A DNA stretch of 64,000 bases from the human T2T-CHM13v2.0 reference genome, Homo sapiens (GCF_009914755.1 NC_060937.1); one strand, 5' to 3'. Shown: positions 46,563 through 63,387, numbered from the stretch's first letter. The notes: a model not told the origin generated them from the letters alone. Numbers and translations: made by a program.

Positions 46563-46755
46563 GTATTGTGTATTTCAAAGTAACTACAAAAGAAGAATTT
46601 TAATGTTCTCAACACAAAGAAAAAAATGAATGTTTGTGGTAATAGATACCCTAATTAACCTCATTTGATCATCACACATTGTATACATGTATCCAAATTT
46701 CACGTGTACCCCAAACTATGTACAACTATTAATATGTCAATTAAAACTTTTTAAT
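46563..46755 (+). mobile_element. L1MA 3' end fragment
   Basis: TGTATTTCAAA..TGTTCTCAACACAAAGAA..ATTTGATCATCACACATTGTATACATGTATC. Confidence 0.8.
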
Positions 46756-47119
46756 TCCAGGAAATAAAGATGATGAGTGGCTTAAAAACAAATAAATAAA
46801 TATATTTCGAGAGGACAGCATGTTTAAATATTTCACAGCTATTAAAATTGGGTGTCTGTAAGAATATTTACTGATATCACATACATTGTAATAGCTAATT
46901 TTAAAAGTAAAATACAAAATTACATATATGATGGGATCCTTGTTATTAAAAATACATAAACATGTCCATGTAAAGTTAATTCCAAGATATGTTTATAATT
47001 GTCACTTACCCTAGTTGGCAAAATTTGGGGTTGTTTTCATTTTCTTTAAACATATACAGTCATGTGTCACATAACATTTTGGTCAACAATGTATCCCATA
47101 TATGGTAGTAGTTCCATAA

Positions 47120-47590
47120 TGTCACAGGATCCTAGAGGTGTCACTTTTCCAGCCGGAAACCTCCTTGGCCAGTGGCTCCTTTGCCTGAGTTTTGCTAGGG
47201 CCCGCTGGGCCCGTTTCATCCACTCAGCCTGACAGGCCGAACTGGGCTCACACTACTGGCCTAGAAACCACACCTGCCAAGGGTGAGCCAGGTGCGGAGT
47301 GGTGAGGGACTTGTGAGTGAGTGAGCATGGGGTCCAGCCACTGAGCACAGCCAGGCAGCTCCAGGCGCTGGTATGGGCACCTGCTCTCTGCAACGCTGTG
47401 GCTGGACCAGGCGTACCACAAGCAGCTTCCACGGCTGGCATAGGGAAACGCAGTGGCGCCTGGAAGCCTGGAGAAGCCAGGAGCTACAGAGCCCCAAAGA
47501 GGGTGTCACAGCCCTGGGTAAGAGAGCTTCTAGGTCTGGGATCCCTGAGGGGCCGCAGCTCTTCTCTCCTTCTCTTCTCTCCTTCCCATG
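47120..47590 (-). mobile_element. MER52-group ERV1 LTR fragment
   Basis: TGTCACAGGATCCT..GGTGTCAC..CCAGCCGGAAACCTC terminus; GC-rich; explains the four overlapping ORFs at 47253-47622. Confidence 0.75.
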
Positions 47591-47631
47591 GCTCGCAACA
47601 TGGTAGCACAACATTGTGTTAATGCTGGTAT

Positions 47632-47932
<301 letters not shown>

Positions 47933-48040
47933 AGTGCTGGTATAAACAAACCCATCGCACTCCCAGTAGTATAAAAGTATAGCTCATATAACTATGTACA
48001 ATACATAATACTTGAAATGATAATAAATGACTGTTTCTAG

Positions 48041-48418
<378 letters not shown>

Positions 48419-51400
48419 TAAAATAATTAACTGTAAAATAGCCTCAGGCAGGTCCCGCAGGAGATATTCCAGAAGAAGTCTTCATCATCACAAGAGATGA
48501 CAGTTACATGTATGTTATTGCCCCTGAAGATCCTCCAGTGGATCAAGATGTGAAGGTGGAAGACAGTGATATTGATGATCCTGACCCTGTGTAGCCTAGG
48601 CTAAGGCATGTTTGTGTCTTAGTTTTTAACACAAATGTTTAAAAAATAAAATAAAATAATTTAAAAATAGAAAAAAGCCTATAGCATAAGTATATAAAGA
48701 CTAAAACTATTTTTGTACAGCTGTGCAATGTGTGTGTTTTAATCTAAGTGTTAGCATCAAAGAGTTAAAAAGTTAAAAAATTTAACTGTATAAACTTTAC
48801 AAACTTTTACTTTATAAAGTTTATAAAGTAAAAATATTACAGTATGATAAAGTTAATTTATTATTGAAGAAAGGAAAATATTTTTAAATAAATTTAGTGT
48901 AGCCTGAGTGTACAGTGTTTATAAAATCTACAATAGTGTACATAATGTCCTAGACCCTCACAGTCACTCACTACTCACTCACTCACCCAGAACAAGTGCC
49001 AGTCCTTCAAATTCCATTCATGGTAAGTGCCCTACACAGGTGTAGCAGTTTTTATCTTTTATAGCATATTTTATGGTATCTTTTCCATCTTTAGATACAC
49101 AAATACTTACCATTGCATTACAATTGCCTATACCCTTCAGTACAATAACATGCTGTACAGGTTTATACCCTAGGAGCAATAGGCTATAGCACACAGCCTG
49201 GGTGTCTTGCAGGCTATGCCATATAGGTTTGTGTAGGGACACTCTATGATGTTCCCACAATGATTAAATCACCTAACAAAGGATTTATCAAAACATATTC
49301 TCATTGTTAAGTGATGCATGACTGTGCATAATTTCTAATTTTTCTACAGTGAATATGTACAATTTATAACCACAGAAATGATGAAAGTAACTTTGTAAAG
49401 ATTAAGTTTCTGTTCTTCTATTTGGTTTTCATTTTCTGTAAAATTATGTGTGTATGTAAGTACACATATATGTAAACTTATATTAAGTTTCATCCTTATG
49501 ATGTTTCTAAATTAATAAGAAAAAATTTTTCTTCTATCCAGTTTATAAAAAAATTAAAAATGGCTGATGCTGTTTAAGAGATATTTCAAGAAATGGTTAA
49601 TATTATAAATCACCAGTTACAACTTCAGTTTCAATTACGTTTAAAATTCATGTAGGTGCAATGGCTCATCTTTATGGTGAGTGATGAAGTGTGATGTAAC
49701 TGTGGATAACAAACAGATGAAGTATAATTTCACAGTCTCACATCAATTAATTTCACTTGGCCCAACTTCACTCAGTAATAAAGGTGTTTTTAACTGGCCT
49801 CCTTTCTAGTTTACCTCCTTTTTCTTTAGACCATTGCAGGGGCTATTTCTCTCATGATTCTTGGTACTTGGGAAAGGATTAACATTTCCGTATGGACCTC
49901 TAATAATCAGACCTTGTCTAAATTGTTCTCCTCATAGCTATCAAATAGCTAATTTAGCATTTATTTTCATACCCCCATCCACAGAATTTTACTGAGTTGG
50001 TTTCTGCCATATTCAATTGAATAAGTAATTATTAGATGTTTTTTATGTATCAGCCATGGAATAAAGGGATACACATAACAATGTAATTATTTTTAAAGGG
50101 TTCACAAACATGTGAACAAATGTGAACACGTAAGTAGATGTGTGTGTACACACACACACACACAGTGTTGAATTGAGACTGGGATGAGAATTCAGGAGTC
50201 AGAGAATGTTTCAGAACACAGATGGCATCAGAGTGGTATTTGAAGTCTGAGTAGTAGCTCATCCTACAAACAAGGTGGAGAGGGATATTTTAGTGAATGC
50301 CAACAGCTTGAACAAAGATGTAGAAGCATTAAAAGACATGACGTGTGTAGGAGATAGTGGTAAATTTGGTAAGGACTTGGGCACACGGGAAGGTGTAATT
50401 TGAGATGACTCCCATTGTATTTGATGTTACAAAGTCAGCTATCTACATGGTAAGCAGTGAAGAGGCATTATCTGTCTTTAATCACCAAATCAGATGATTA
50501 TTTATGGGTCAGATTTTTCTCACAGAAAGAAAATTTTGGTGGTGCTAGAGGAGGAAACTGGGGGCAGATACAATTGTCTGGAGGCTCTCGGGAAGAGGGA
50601 GATAAGAACCTGAATCAGGATCTTGGCATGGAATTATGTAATAAATAAGACATATTTGAAAATGGTTGTTGGTGAACAGACTTATGAGAAAAGACAAAGG
50701 AGAAGTTAAGGGAAACACTGCTTTGTCACTGGATCCGTGCTTTCTAAGACATGTCCTCCACTCCTGAGGTCAGCAGTCATATATCTGTTTATATCTCCCA
50801 GACTTATGTCTGCAGGACAGACACACATTATCTAGTTATAACCACCTAGTTATTACCTGTTATAACCACCTAGACCTGGATAGCCCATAAGCATTTCAAA
50901 GTCAACAAATTGAATTAAAACAAACATTATAAACTTCTCCTCTAAATAACATTTCTCGGCTATGCTCCGTTGCTCAAAAGGTGGCATCTTCCTGGAGTAA
51001 TTCATGAGTTCTTTTACTCACCTCCACCCATCCACTTAATTACCAAGTCTGGTTGATTTTTATCCTTGGAATTTTTTTTATTTATTTCAAATACGCCCTT
51101 GCCTTTCTCTCAATACTTTTCTCTACCTCTGAGTCATCAATTTCCTTGAAAACTACTCCTACATTTACTCCATCCAATTCAACAAAAACCCCTGCCAATT
51201 TTACCTCCTAAAGATTTATGTTAACTCCACCTTTTTTTGGGCTATCACCATTTCTCCGTTTTATTAGTCAATTGCTTTACAACTGTAACCAGTTCAGTTC
51301 CTCAGAAATATTCGCATGACCTATTAGTGCCCCTTTAACTGGCTTCTCCACTTCCCATTCAGTTCATCTTCCACCCCTTCCTCCAAGCACGTAGTCAAAC

Positions 51401-51960
51401 ACAGATCTGCCCACTTCACACCTCTGCTTACAAACTTTCATTGCCTCTCTGTCACCAACAGGATGAAGGCTAAGATCATCAGCAGGGCTGACAATAAACG
51501 TCCTCTTAGCCCCCATTCCCTCCCCCCACCATCAATTCCCACCACTCCAGGTTTCACTAAGTAGTTTCTAATTACATACATTAGAATAACCATAAATACA
51601 AGTTACCAAAATCAAGGCTATTTAGTCATTTCCTGTTCTTTTATGAGCAGCCCATGGTTCTTCAATACCTCTAATTATTGAATTAGAATATATTACAACA
51701 TTCTCCAAAGGACACACAGTAGTCAAGTAGTCTCAGATAATAATTATAAATGTAGTTCCAGAGCTCTGCATTAAGATATTGAAACTTTAATAGTATTTCC
51801 GCAATTGAATTACAAAACAATTACTCCAACTCAGACTAATCTGGTTTATTTTTAACCCTAGCAAATAAAAATAACAATAATAACGATGATGATAATGATA
51901 GCTACCATGTATTGAAGACCAGCAATGTCCCAGATGTTGATAAATGCTTCGTCTGCATTA

Positions 51961-52606
<646 letters not shown>

Positions 52607-52972
52607 TATCTCAATAGCTCTCAAACTATGTATCACTGTCCCTATTTTACAGATGAATATACTAAGTCTCAATAAGACTCAGGGTCTTTCCCAAAATGTT
52701 AATGCCATAGCAGAGAGTAGACCCAAATCTTTCTGATTCCAAGGCTCATTCCCTTGTTACCATGACACACTGCTTAATAAAAGTTTGTTAAATGTATGAA
52801 TATGTACATTAATGTTAAAAAGCATACAAAGTTATCTTTCATTCTATGCTTAATTTCATGCTTCATGTTCACTTATTTTGTAAAAGCTTATAACATTTAC
52901 AATCATGTTCAAAGGTAGCAACATAGTATCTTTAACCCTGCACTTGACTATAGAAATTCCCCCTTGAATTAA

Positions 52973-53301
<329 letters not shown>

Positions 53302-54742
53302 AAAAATATCTTAAACATACTTGTGCATCTAACTATGCCAAGCCTCATGTAAGTCTGAAACAATTAAAACCCTCTCAGGGAAGACTTGGTTAACTTTCCT
53401 CTTCCCACACACATAAGATGAGAACCCCCTTCTATATAATATTGCAACACTCGATCTTCCTCTTTCATACCATTTTTAGCAATTGTAAATTTAATAAGTT
53501 TTTTTCTTTTACAATTATTTCTTTAGGAACTTCTTCCACAGAGAAACTAAGAAGCCCACTGGAGGCAAAAACTTGTTTACCCTCTTCACATTTTCTCCTA
53601 TCATCTAGCCCTATGCTTGGCATATTATTTTTGCTTTGCATCTATCTGATGAGTAAATGCATGCATCAAAGAAGCAAGAAATACAGATATGTACAAATAC
53701 TCTCAATGTTAGGAATCATCGAATCTGGATTACAGGTATTGAGGAATGGGAGTTATTGAGAGAGGTAAAAATTCAATTCCAGAAAACCATGGATGACATG
53801 AATAAGAGTTATAAACACTAATTAGTAGGCAGTACAATGAATAAAACAGTTTATTGAGTCCTACGATATAAAATAATAGATGATTAGTTTGATTAAGTTC
53901 CTATTTATGTGAGTCTTTTTAAAATAGCTTGACAACAATTTGAAAATTTTCCTGAATAATTATCAGATATTTTTTCATCTACTGGTTTGTCAATTAAAAC
54001 CTTAACCAAATGTAAGCTCTAACACAACATTCACATGGCTCTCTCATATAACTTTTCTAAATTTCTACACCCATGAAATGAAAGGGCTGTGCAATCACAA
54101 CTCTTCATCTCATAATTCCTGGTTTGGCTGATATATAAGACAAGACTGGGGAACATACAGACATCATGCGGGAGGTACCACATTCTTTAAATAATGCCAT
54201 AGTTCAATGTACAGTTGGCAGGAATGGTACATTTGCAGTGGGCCTCCTTTTCTTCACCTGAAAAACTAGCCAGTCATAAATTTCAAAAAAACAAAACAAA
54301 AACAAAAAACAAAACAAACAAAAAAAACCTCATGAAATTCAGTAGCTTACCTTTTTAAAACTTATACACTTTTATCATAATGTAGGAAGCAATGATTATA
54401 GAAAAAACTTGTGAAGAGCAAGAGATTCTGGTATAGTGGAAAATTTACTGCCACAATTAAAGCTACAAAAGTGTGGCTAAGATCTATAGCAAGTCAGTTG
54501 TTTTCCAAGTTCTCAGTTATCTTTATAATGTCTGATCATTTATTGTGGTGGCCTCCCAGATGGTTCCAGTGATTTTTACCATTTGGTATTCACATCCTTA
54601 TATAGTCCTCTCTCACACTGCACCAGGTTGGCCCATGTATTCAATAGCATACAGTAGAAGTAATAATATGTCACTTCTGACATTAGGTTATAAAAAAGAC
54701 TGTGACTTTTTTCTGAGACTCCTCTCCTCTCTCTCTCTCTTT

Positions 54743-54745
<3 letters not shown>

Positions 54746-54784
<39 letters not shown>
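54746..54784 (+). repeat. (CA)n microsatellite preceded by (CT)n
   Basis: About 19 CA units. Confidence 0.97.
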
Positions 54785-54787
<3 letters not shown>

Positions 54788-55058
54788 CTGGGGCCACCCA
54801 GTTGACAATGACATTGAATCAGTCAATAGGGAAGCCATATGGCAAGAAATGGAAGTCTCTGGCCAACAGACAATGAAGTGAAGTCTGTCAGTAACGCTAG
54901 TGAACTTGGAAGCAGATCCTTCTGCCCAGTCAAGTCTTGAGATGACTGCAACCCTAGCTGATATTTTGACTGCTACCCCGACCCTAACTCAGAACCAACT
55001 GGGTAAGCTACTTCCAGATTTTTGACTCTCAGAAATTGGGTGATAATAAATGTTTTAA

Positions 55059-55385
<327 letters not shown>

Positions 55386-58110
55386 GGAATAATTCTTACA
55401 CAGCACCTACTTCACAAAATTGTTATGAGGGTAAAATAAAAGAAAATGCTCAGAAAACTGATGTTTTAAAAAGTACTGTCCAAAGGTCAACATATCATCA
55501 TGTGTAATTTCATCTCCTGCTAGCTCTGATAGTGGGCGTCTAAAGAAAGACTTCAGCATAATGAATTCAGCTATAAAAATGTTCTCCTCAAATTTCAGTA
55601 AAATAAAAGAACTCTGAAATATCACAAGCTGTGTTCATGATTATGGATAACCTCCAATTCACTTTGTCCTACCTCACAATGAAAATTGAACTACAGTAAT
55701 TTGCTTTCATAAGAAATTTTTTAAAATAAATATTTAGTTTTCCTTATGGAGATATTACTGTTTAACAGTAAGAAGATAATTATCTTGTTGGGATAAAAAA
55801 TGTCAATGTTACATTCATAATTTCAGCACTAGGTTTAAAATAGATTCAATGTGTGACCATCACATATGCATAGCCAGAAATATTTCCAAGAGATATCTGT
55901 CTTTTAAAGTAGCTAACATTTTGGCATGATTCTTCCAAACTGAAACTGGTAATATCTTTAACAGTCACTCTGTAGGGAAAAAAAATACTGTCATTCTCTA
56001 AGGTAACTTTGAGATGAAAAATTATAACAGCAGTTAATGCTTTATAGCTTTAAATTCCAGGATTAATATACTTCAGAAATGATTTAACCTTCAGGATTAA
56101 TGTAATTCTAAAAGTAGTTAAAAGAAAACCATTACTGGCAATAGATGGTCTACAATAATATATGCCTCATTTATGACTCATTTTCCACATAAAAAATGTT
56201 TTGACAAATAGATTTAGATGAAGCAAAACGTAATAAATAAATCAAAGAAATGAAAGTCCTTTATGAAACTGTAAAACACCATATAAATAACAAGTATTAT
56301 AATATTGGCAATGTTATTATGAAAGTAAATCATAAAATGGCATGTGGGGGAAAACGTGGACAGTGAGAAAATGAAAGCTAGACGAAAGAATGAGAGAGGA
56401 AATTTAGACTGTCATGTCAAGAGCAATGTCCTTCTTAACCGCTGGAAAAAAAACATTTCCATTAGACGGATAGACTTAAGTGGTTTCACATTGGAAGACC
56501 ATCATATTCTGAAGAATGGAAATCCATGAAAGGATCTATGAATAATAAAGGAATTGAAAATAGAATAAAGGGCGGAGAGAGGACAAGGAAAAAAAACTGA
56601 GATAAAGGATGCTTCTTAACAATATGATTTGAATTTAAACCCAGAACATCTGCTTTTTGTAAAAATCTGTGTATTAGGTCATAATGAAGGAACTTGTTGA
56701 CTTGCATCTTCAATTGCAAGAAAGAAATAAAAAGATTATTTTAAAAAAACTCGCCATCTCGAGGGCAATAAAATTTCTCTGAAAGGGAAGCTTCTTACAG
56801 GCCAATAGCAGCTGTATGTGCATCTTTCAAAGGACACTCTTGTGAAAGAATTTAAATCAGATTTAGTCCATTCATTTTTAGTAATAAAAAATTGTATCCG
56901 TAAAGTGATGTCTGTTCTTATTTTTCAATCCTACCATAATTTAAGAACCCAGCATGGCAAAAAAAAAAAAAAGAATTCTTACTTTTAAAAAGTTAATTTT
57001 TGAATTAGCCTCTCCAAATGGGCATTAAGAAATATTTAATTCTTCTTAGCTGAAAATCACAAATCTAGATTCCAAAGTTTGTGAACTTCAGTTTTCTTCT
57101 TCACTCAAGGCAATGAATTCTCTTGGTAATAGTTGCTAATAGAGTATTTTATTTCTATAAAGGCAACTTTTAAACCATATTTTCTGGGAATTGTATAATT
57201 TAGTTTCATTAATTTCTGGGAATGAAACACATTACTATAAACTTCTTAAAGTTCTGGGAAAAAATACCTGAAATAATGTTTACTTCCCGAGAAAACAATT
57301 TTTCCCCTCAGAAAATTCTATTAGCCTCAGATACTTACTGGTTTTCTACATCTGGTTATATTTATCTTTGATCTTGCATCTAGAAAAATTATTATTTTCA
57401 AACTTGGTTTTACAAATTACTATTTATATGTTTGAATCCCCTTCCATGTTTCAAATGATTTAGAAAAACAATAATCTTTCCTAGCATTTGAATATCCTGT
57501 GACCACATTACATCTCACGTGCATCAGGTTAGCACACCCTGGGATAAAGAATCTCACTAGAAGGATAGCACAGAATAGGCACAAGGTGGAGCAATCCAAC
57601 TCATCAGTTGCAGGTGCATTGAAGTTTTGCAGTTCTTCACTGGCATCATTCCAGCCAGGCCTACAAATTTCCAGCTAGCCTAAGCACTGTAATGGCTTCG
57701 ATTGTCTACTTTACTGTCCAAATGATTGGCTACTTGCCAAACCACAACTTTGCTTTAGAAAGAGCTCCTCAAGTGAAGAGGAAAGTTAAGACAATCATTG
57801 AGATAATTCAGTCCAAAAGAAATGCATTGTGAAAAACCTGCCTTTTTTGACTTTATCAAGATTGGTATTGTCGACATGGATGAAACTCATTGCACAAGTG
57901 TATTTTGCCTCCAAAGATGCTTTCTTTGTGTAGAGGACTTCATCCCGCCATCTAATACTGAGCAGTTCTTAATTTAATTGTCTCTTTAAAAAGTTTTTCA
58001 GAGGTATATCTGTGTTAACACACAAAAGAGATGGCTTTTTTGCTATCTACATAATTCATTGTGAAGTATTTGATGGAGTGGTTTTTCAAAAGCCAAAGTA
58101 GCTTGGTTGA

Positions 58111-58466
<356 letters not shown>

Positions 58467-58469
58467 ACC

Positions 58470-58930
<461 letters not shown>

Positions 58931-59324
58931 TTTTGAATTTGTATGTGTGTGTGTTCTCAGAATGGCAGAATTGATATTTCTTCTCCAAGCTCTATTTTCA
59001 TCAAAGAAAGGAAGGCAATGATTTCTTAAATTTGAAAATGGAATAGAGATAGCAACAATTTTATAAATATGGATATAAGCTGGAAATAGAATGACATAAA
59101 TAAAATATGAAAATTTTACATAAGCCTTCCAGAGGCTATATTAGCCGAACATTGTCTCCATATAAGTTATTAGTTCTCTAAAAATAATTATCATATAAAT
59201 TGATTATTTTTTTAATTTTAATTCATATAATAGAGCTTACTGTAGGCTTAAGTGTTATACAAATTTTCACAATAATCTATGAGGTAAGGGCTTTTATTAT
59301 TTCTTGTTCCTTCCTCAAACATTA

Positions 59325-59688
59325 ATGGTAGTCACTAGAGATGTCCACAAATATTCTGATGCTTCTCCCTCTAGGCACATGGTAAGCTGGGAACAAACAA
59401 GTTACCTGTTTGGCCACAGAAATATGTGGAGAAGTGGTGTCTGTCATTTCCTTGAAAAAAACTGACATATTTCTGTGTGATTCTCAACATCCCCTTCCCA
59501 ATGCCTTGATGATTGTGGAAAGACTTATCAAGATGGCATTTTCATGATCCTAAGTACCAGAATAACCAACAGTAAAGCCCACATGTGAAACAACTAGAGT
59601 AAATTTGGGGAAAAAAAAAGTGTTGAGTCACTGAGATTTTGGAGTTGTTTGTTGCTGCAACATAACTGAGCTTTTCCTGACTGATGCA
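59325..59688 (+). mobile_element. Old MLT1 (I/J-like) solo LTR
   Basis: GAGTCACTGAGATTTTGGAGTTGTTTGTTGCTGCAACATAAC..CCTGACTGATGCA 3' end. Confidence 0.65.
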
Positions 59689-60393
59689 CCAATTATTTCT
59701 TCCAACTTGCTCTTCTTAGTCTGGAATAGCATAACCCTAATTTGTCTGTTTATTTTAAAAAATGAATGAAAGGAGGTGATGAGCTAAGGAAGGGAGAAAA
59801 AGAGAGAGAGAGATACCTTTGGCTGATGTTGTTAATGCTTTTTACCTTTTTCTTCTTTGATTTTTCCATCTTCCTTTGATAAACATTGAGCCCCAAAATG
59901 GAATTTTACAGAATCAGGGTCAAGAATTGGGGCAGGTCATCTCTCAATACAGAAAGTAAACATGGAAGCTTCCCATTTCGAGCTCAATATAAGTATTCTT
60001 ATTGGCTATGGTGGGAAAACTCAGTTGATTCTAGGATATCAAGTATCTTCTCTTGCTTACTATTAAAAACTCTGAAGATTTAGCCTGCATTCTATGAAAT
60101 TATCATTTTTATGAGTCAAAATAGGTGAATAATTATAAAACACTTTCAAGATAGTCACCTTTGGCCCCTTCATATAACATTGGAAAGAATATTAATCTCA
60201 TAAGATACACTCATGAGTTACTTAGACTGAGAAGCTGCATCAAGGGCATACTATTTCTGTATACATTTCCTGTTTCTATAATACTGACATCTTCATAGAG
60301 GCCTGTTATCTCACTCCATTGTCACACAACCCTGTGCTCCATGTAGGACAGGGATCAGTTTCTCCCTCTCTTAGTACAGAAACTGAGAAAGGT

Positions 60394-61366
60394 CCTTGAG
60401 GAATTGCCACACTGTCTTCCACAATGGTTGAACTAGTTTACACTCCCACCAACAGTGTAAAAGTGTTCCTATTTCTCCACATCCTCTCCAGCACCTGTTG
60501 TTTCCTGACTTTTTAATGATCGCCATTGAACTGGTGTGAGATGGCATCTCATTGTGGTTTTGATTTGCATTTCTCTGATGGCCAGTGATGATCATTTTTT
60601 CATGTGTCTGTTGGATGCATAAATGTCTTCTTTTGAGAAGTGTCTGTTCATATCCTTTGCCCACTTTTTGATGGGGTTGTTTGATTTTTTCTTGTAAATT
60701 TGTTTAAGTTCTTTGTAGATTCTGGATATTAGCCCTTTGTCAGATGGGTAGATTGTAAAAATTTTCTCCCATTTTGTAGGTTGCCTGTTCACTCTGATGG
60801 TAGTTTCTAGAAATACCATTTGACCCAGCCATCCCATTACTGGGTATATACCCAAAGGATTATAAATCATGCTGCTATAAAGACACATGCACACATATGT
60901 TTATTGTGACACTATTCACAATAGCAAAGACTTGGAACCAACCCAAATGTCCATCAATGATAGACTGGATTAAGAAAATGTGGCACATATACACCATGAA
61001 ATACTATGCAGGCATAAAAAGGGTGAGTTCATGTCCTTTGTAGGGACATGGATGAAGCTGGAAACCATCATTCTAAGCAAACTATCGCAAGGACAGGAAA
61101 CCAAACACCACATGTTCTCACTCACAGGTGGGAATTGAACAGTGAGAACACCTGGACACAGGGTGGGGAACATCACACACCAGGGACTGTCTTGGGGTGG
61201 TGGGAGGGGGGAGGTATAGCATTAGGAGATATACCTAATGTAAATGACGAGTTAATGGGTGCAGCACACCAACATGGCACATGTATACATATGTAACAAA
61301 CCTGCACATTGTGCACATGTACCCTAGAACTTAAAGTATAATTAAAAAATAAATTAATTAAAAAAA
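60394..61366 (+). mobile_element. L1PA (about L1PA4/5), 5'-truncated with a twin-priming inversion
   Basis: 60394 to about 60805 is antisense ORF2 C-terminus ([20 protein letters not shown]); about 60806-61366 is the sense ORF2 end, 3'UTR and A-tail; TSD AGAAA(C/G)TG(A/C)GAAAGGT. Confidence 0.93.
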
Positions 61367-61839
61367 AGAAAGTGCGAAAGGTGACTAGATGAAGATCAGA
61401 GAGTAGAAAGCAAGAGAGAACTGAGGTCATCAGTACTAACACACACGTGACACCTGTAATAAAAGGTTGCATGCTTTCTGATGCAACGATGTGTTTTATT
61501 TTAAACTATACATGATGCCAAAGTAACTATTTAATGTAAGCAGTCTCTTCAAGAATAAGAAAATAAATCAATTATTTAAAGTCTAGCTGTTTCAGTGAAT
61601 TAACTAATTCAGTGCTAGTGATACAGCCACTTAGATACCATGTCAAATTTATAAAATACCTCTCCTTCCTGAACACTTCCAAACTCTCCCTGAAACTGCT
61701 TCATAATTCAATATTTCCATTTTAATTTTGAAGTCTCCACATTAACTTGAAGTTTATGAGGGCAACCTAGATCAGAATCTGATAATTTGATATTTGTTAG
61801 TTTCATCTTTGTTTTACTAATCTCACTTTCTTTACTGAC

Positions 61840-62750
61840 GTCCAGGAGACATGCTGTCTTGATTCTCCTCTTAATTCAAGGCTCGTATTCTTTGCTAGTT
61901 CATCTTTCTGACCTCTAAATGTTGAACAAACCCAAAGCTCAGTCCTAGAATCTCTTTTTTTTTTCTATCTGCACTCCCTCTCTAACTAATCTGATACGTT
62001 CTCATCGCTTCAGATATTACATACAGACTTACAAATTTTAGCTGCCACTTCAACCACTCCCCTGAACACCAAACATATGTATCTAGTCACCTACTCATCT
62101 TTAAAATTTTCACAGTTAAGAAGTATCTCAAAATTAAGATGTCAAAAAATCAACTTTCTGATTTCCCACCAAAACCTGCTCCTCCTACATGCTTCCCTAT
62201 GCCTCCAGTTGCTCAAGCCAAAAGCCTCAGAATGTGCCTTGACTTGCCTCCCCCATCTTATATCCAAGCCATCAAGGAATTCTGTCAGTTACACTGAAAA
62301 AATTAATCCAGCATCCTGCCATTTTAACAATCCCTCTAGTTTTCCATCACTGACACTCTGAGCCACATCAGCTATTATTTGGATGTCTGTAATAGTTTCT
62401 TAAGTCCTTGCCAAACAAGGTTTGGTATGTATAGCAGGGGCCTGGGCATTACCTGGGAGCTTATTAGAAATGCAGAATCAGTCCTCATCTTAGGCCTATG
62501 AAAATAGAACCTTTATTTAACAAGATTCTCTGTGATTTGTGTGCACAGTAGAATGTGAAAAACTTTATCCTAACTGGTCTTTCTCTTCCTTCTCTAGAAC
62601 ATATACATTTCGGTTTCAACATAGCGGCAGCCAGAGCGGTCCTCTTAAAGTGGAAGTGATATTCTGCTTCTCTCCTGCTTAAAACCTTCAGATCTCCCTA
62701 TCTCCCTAAAAGCAACAACCAAAGTCCTTCCAGGGGCTACATGAACACCT
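61840..62750 (+). mobile_element. L2 remnant
   Basis: CCAAAACCTGCTCCTCC..CCAGTTGCTCAAGCCAAAA..CTCCTGCTTAAAACCTTC. Confidence 0.65.
62408..62568 (+). mobile_element. MER5A-like MITE within L2
   Basis: GCATTACCTGGGAGCTTATTAGAAATGCAGAATC..TTTAACAAGAT. Confidence 0.7.
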
Positions 62751-63387
62751 GCATCGTCTGGAGTCTGCTATGACTCAGCCCTCAATGCCTACAATACTCA
62801 TGCATTAAGAACATATTGAGTGGGTATGGAAAGTCTCTAAATCTTCTGGTCCACGCTTTAGCAAACACGTCTCAATATATTCTACTTCTACAGATGAGTA
62901 ACTTCATTCTTGATGTTTTGTTTGTACTGATTTCGGTTTTTCACTGAGAAATTGAACTCTACTTTTTCTTGTCTTTAATTTCTGGAAAGCACCTACAAAA
63001 TTTCCCAAACACTGACTACATTCCCCTAAATGCTTTAAAATCGGTAATTTTTTTAGAGACCTTAACTTTTACAGAGTTAATACTAGAATACTTACAAATG
63101 TCACTATATTATGGCCAGGATTTGTATCAAAATAATGGAGGTAGAGGTTCAGGAGTAGACATGAGAAAAGATGAAACAAGATTGGCCATAGGGAAGCTGG
63201 TTGTTAAGTACAGGAAGATTGCTTATGTTTTCCTATCAATTTTTGTGTATGTTAGAAATTTGTTATAACAAAATATATTTTTTAATTTTTTACAAATTTG
63301 TTAAAATAATTTTCTTCTTTCTTTTGATATCTGAATAAAATTATATGATGTTTACATTTCACTTTGGTGGTAAAAATGAACAACTAA

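Noticed and set aside
47253-47622. Four overlapping ORFs in a GC-rich patch, a possible CpG island or gene
   Set aside because: They lie in a MER52-like LTR fragment; high GC content suppresses stop codons
60371-61472. ORFs with a Cys-rich zinc-knuckle-like motif
   Set aside because: Frameshifted L1 ORF2 C-terminus and 3'UTR
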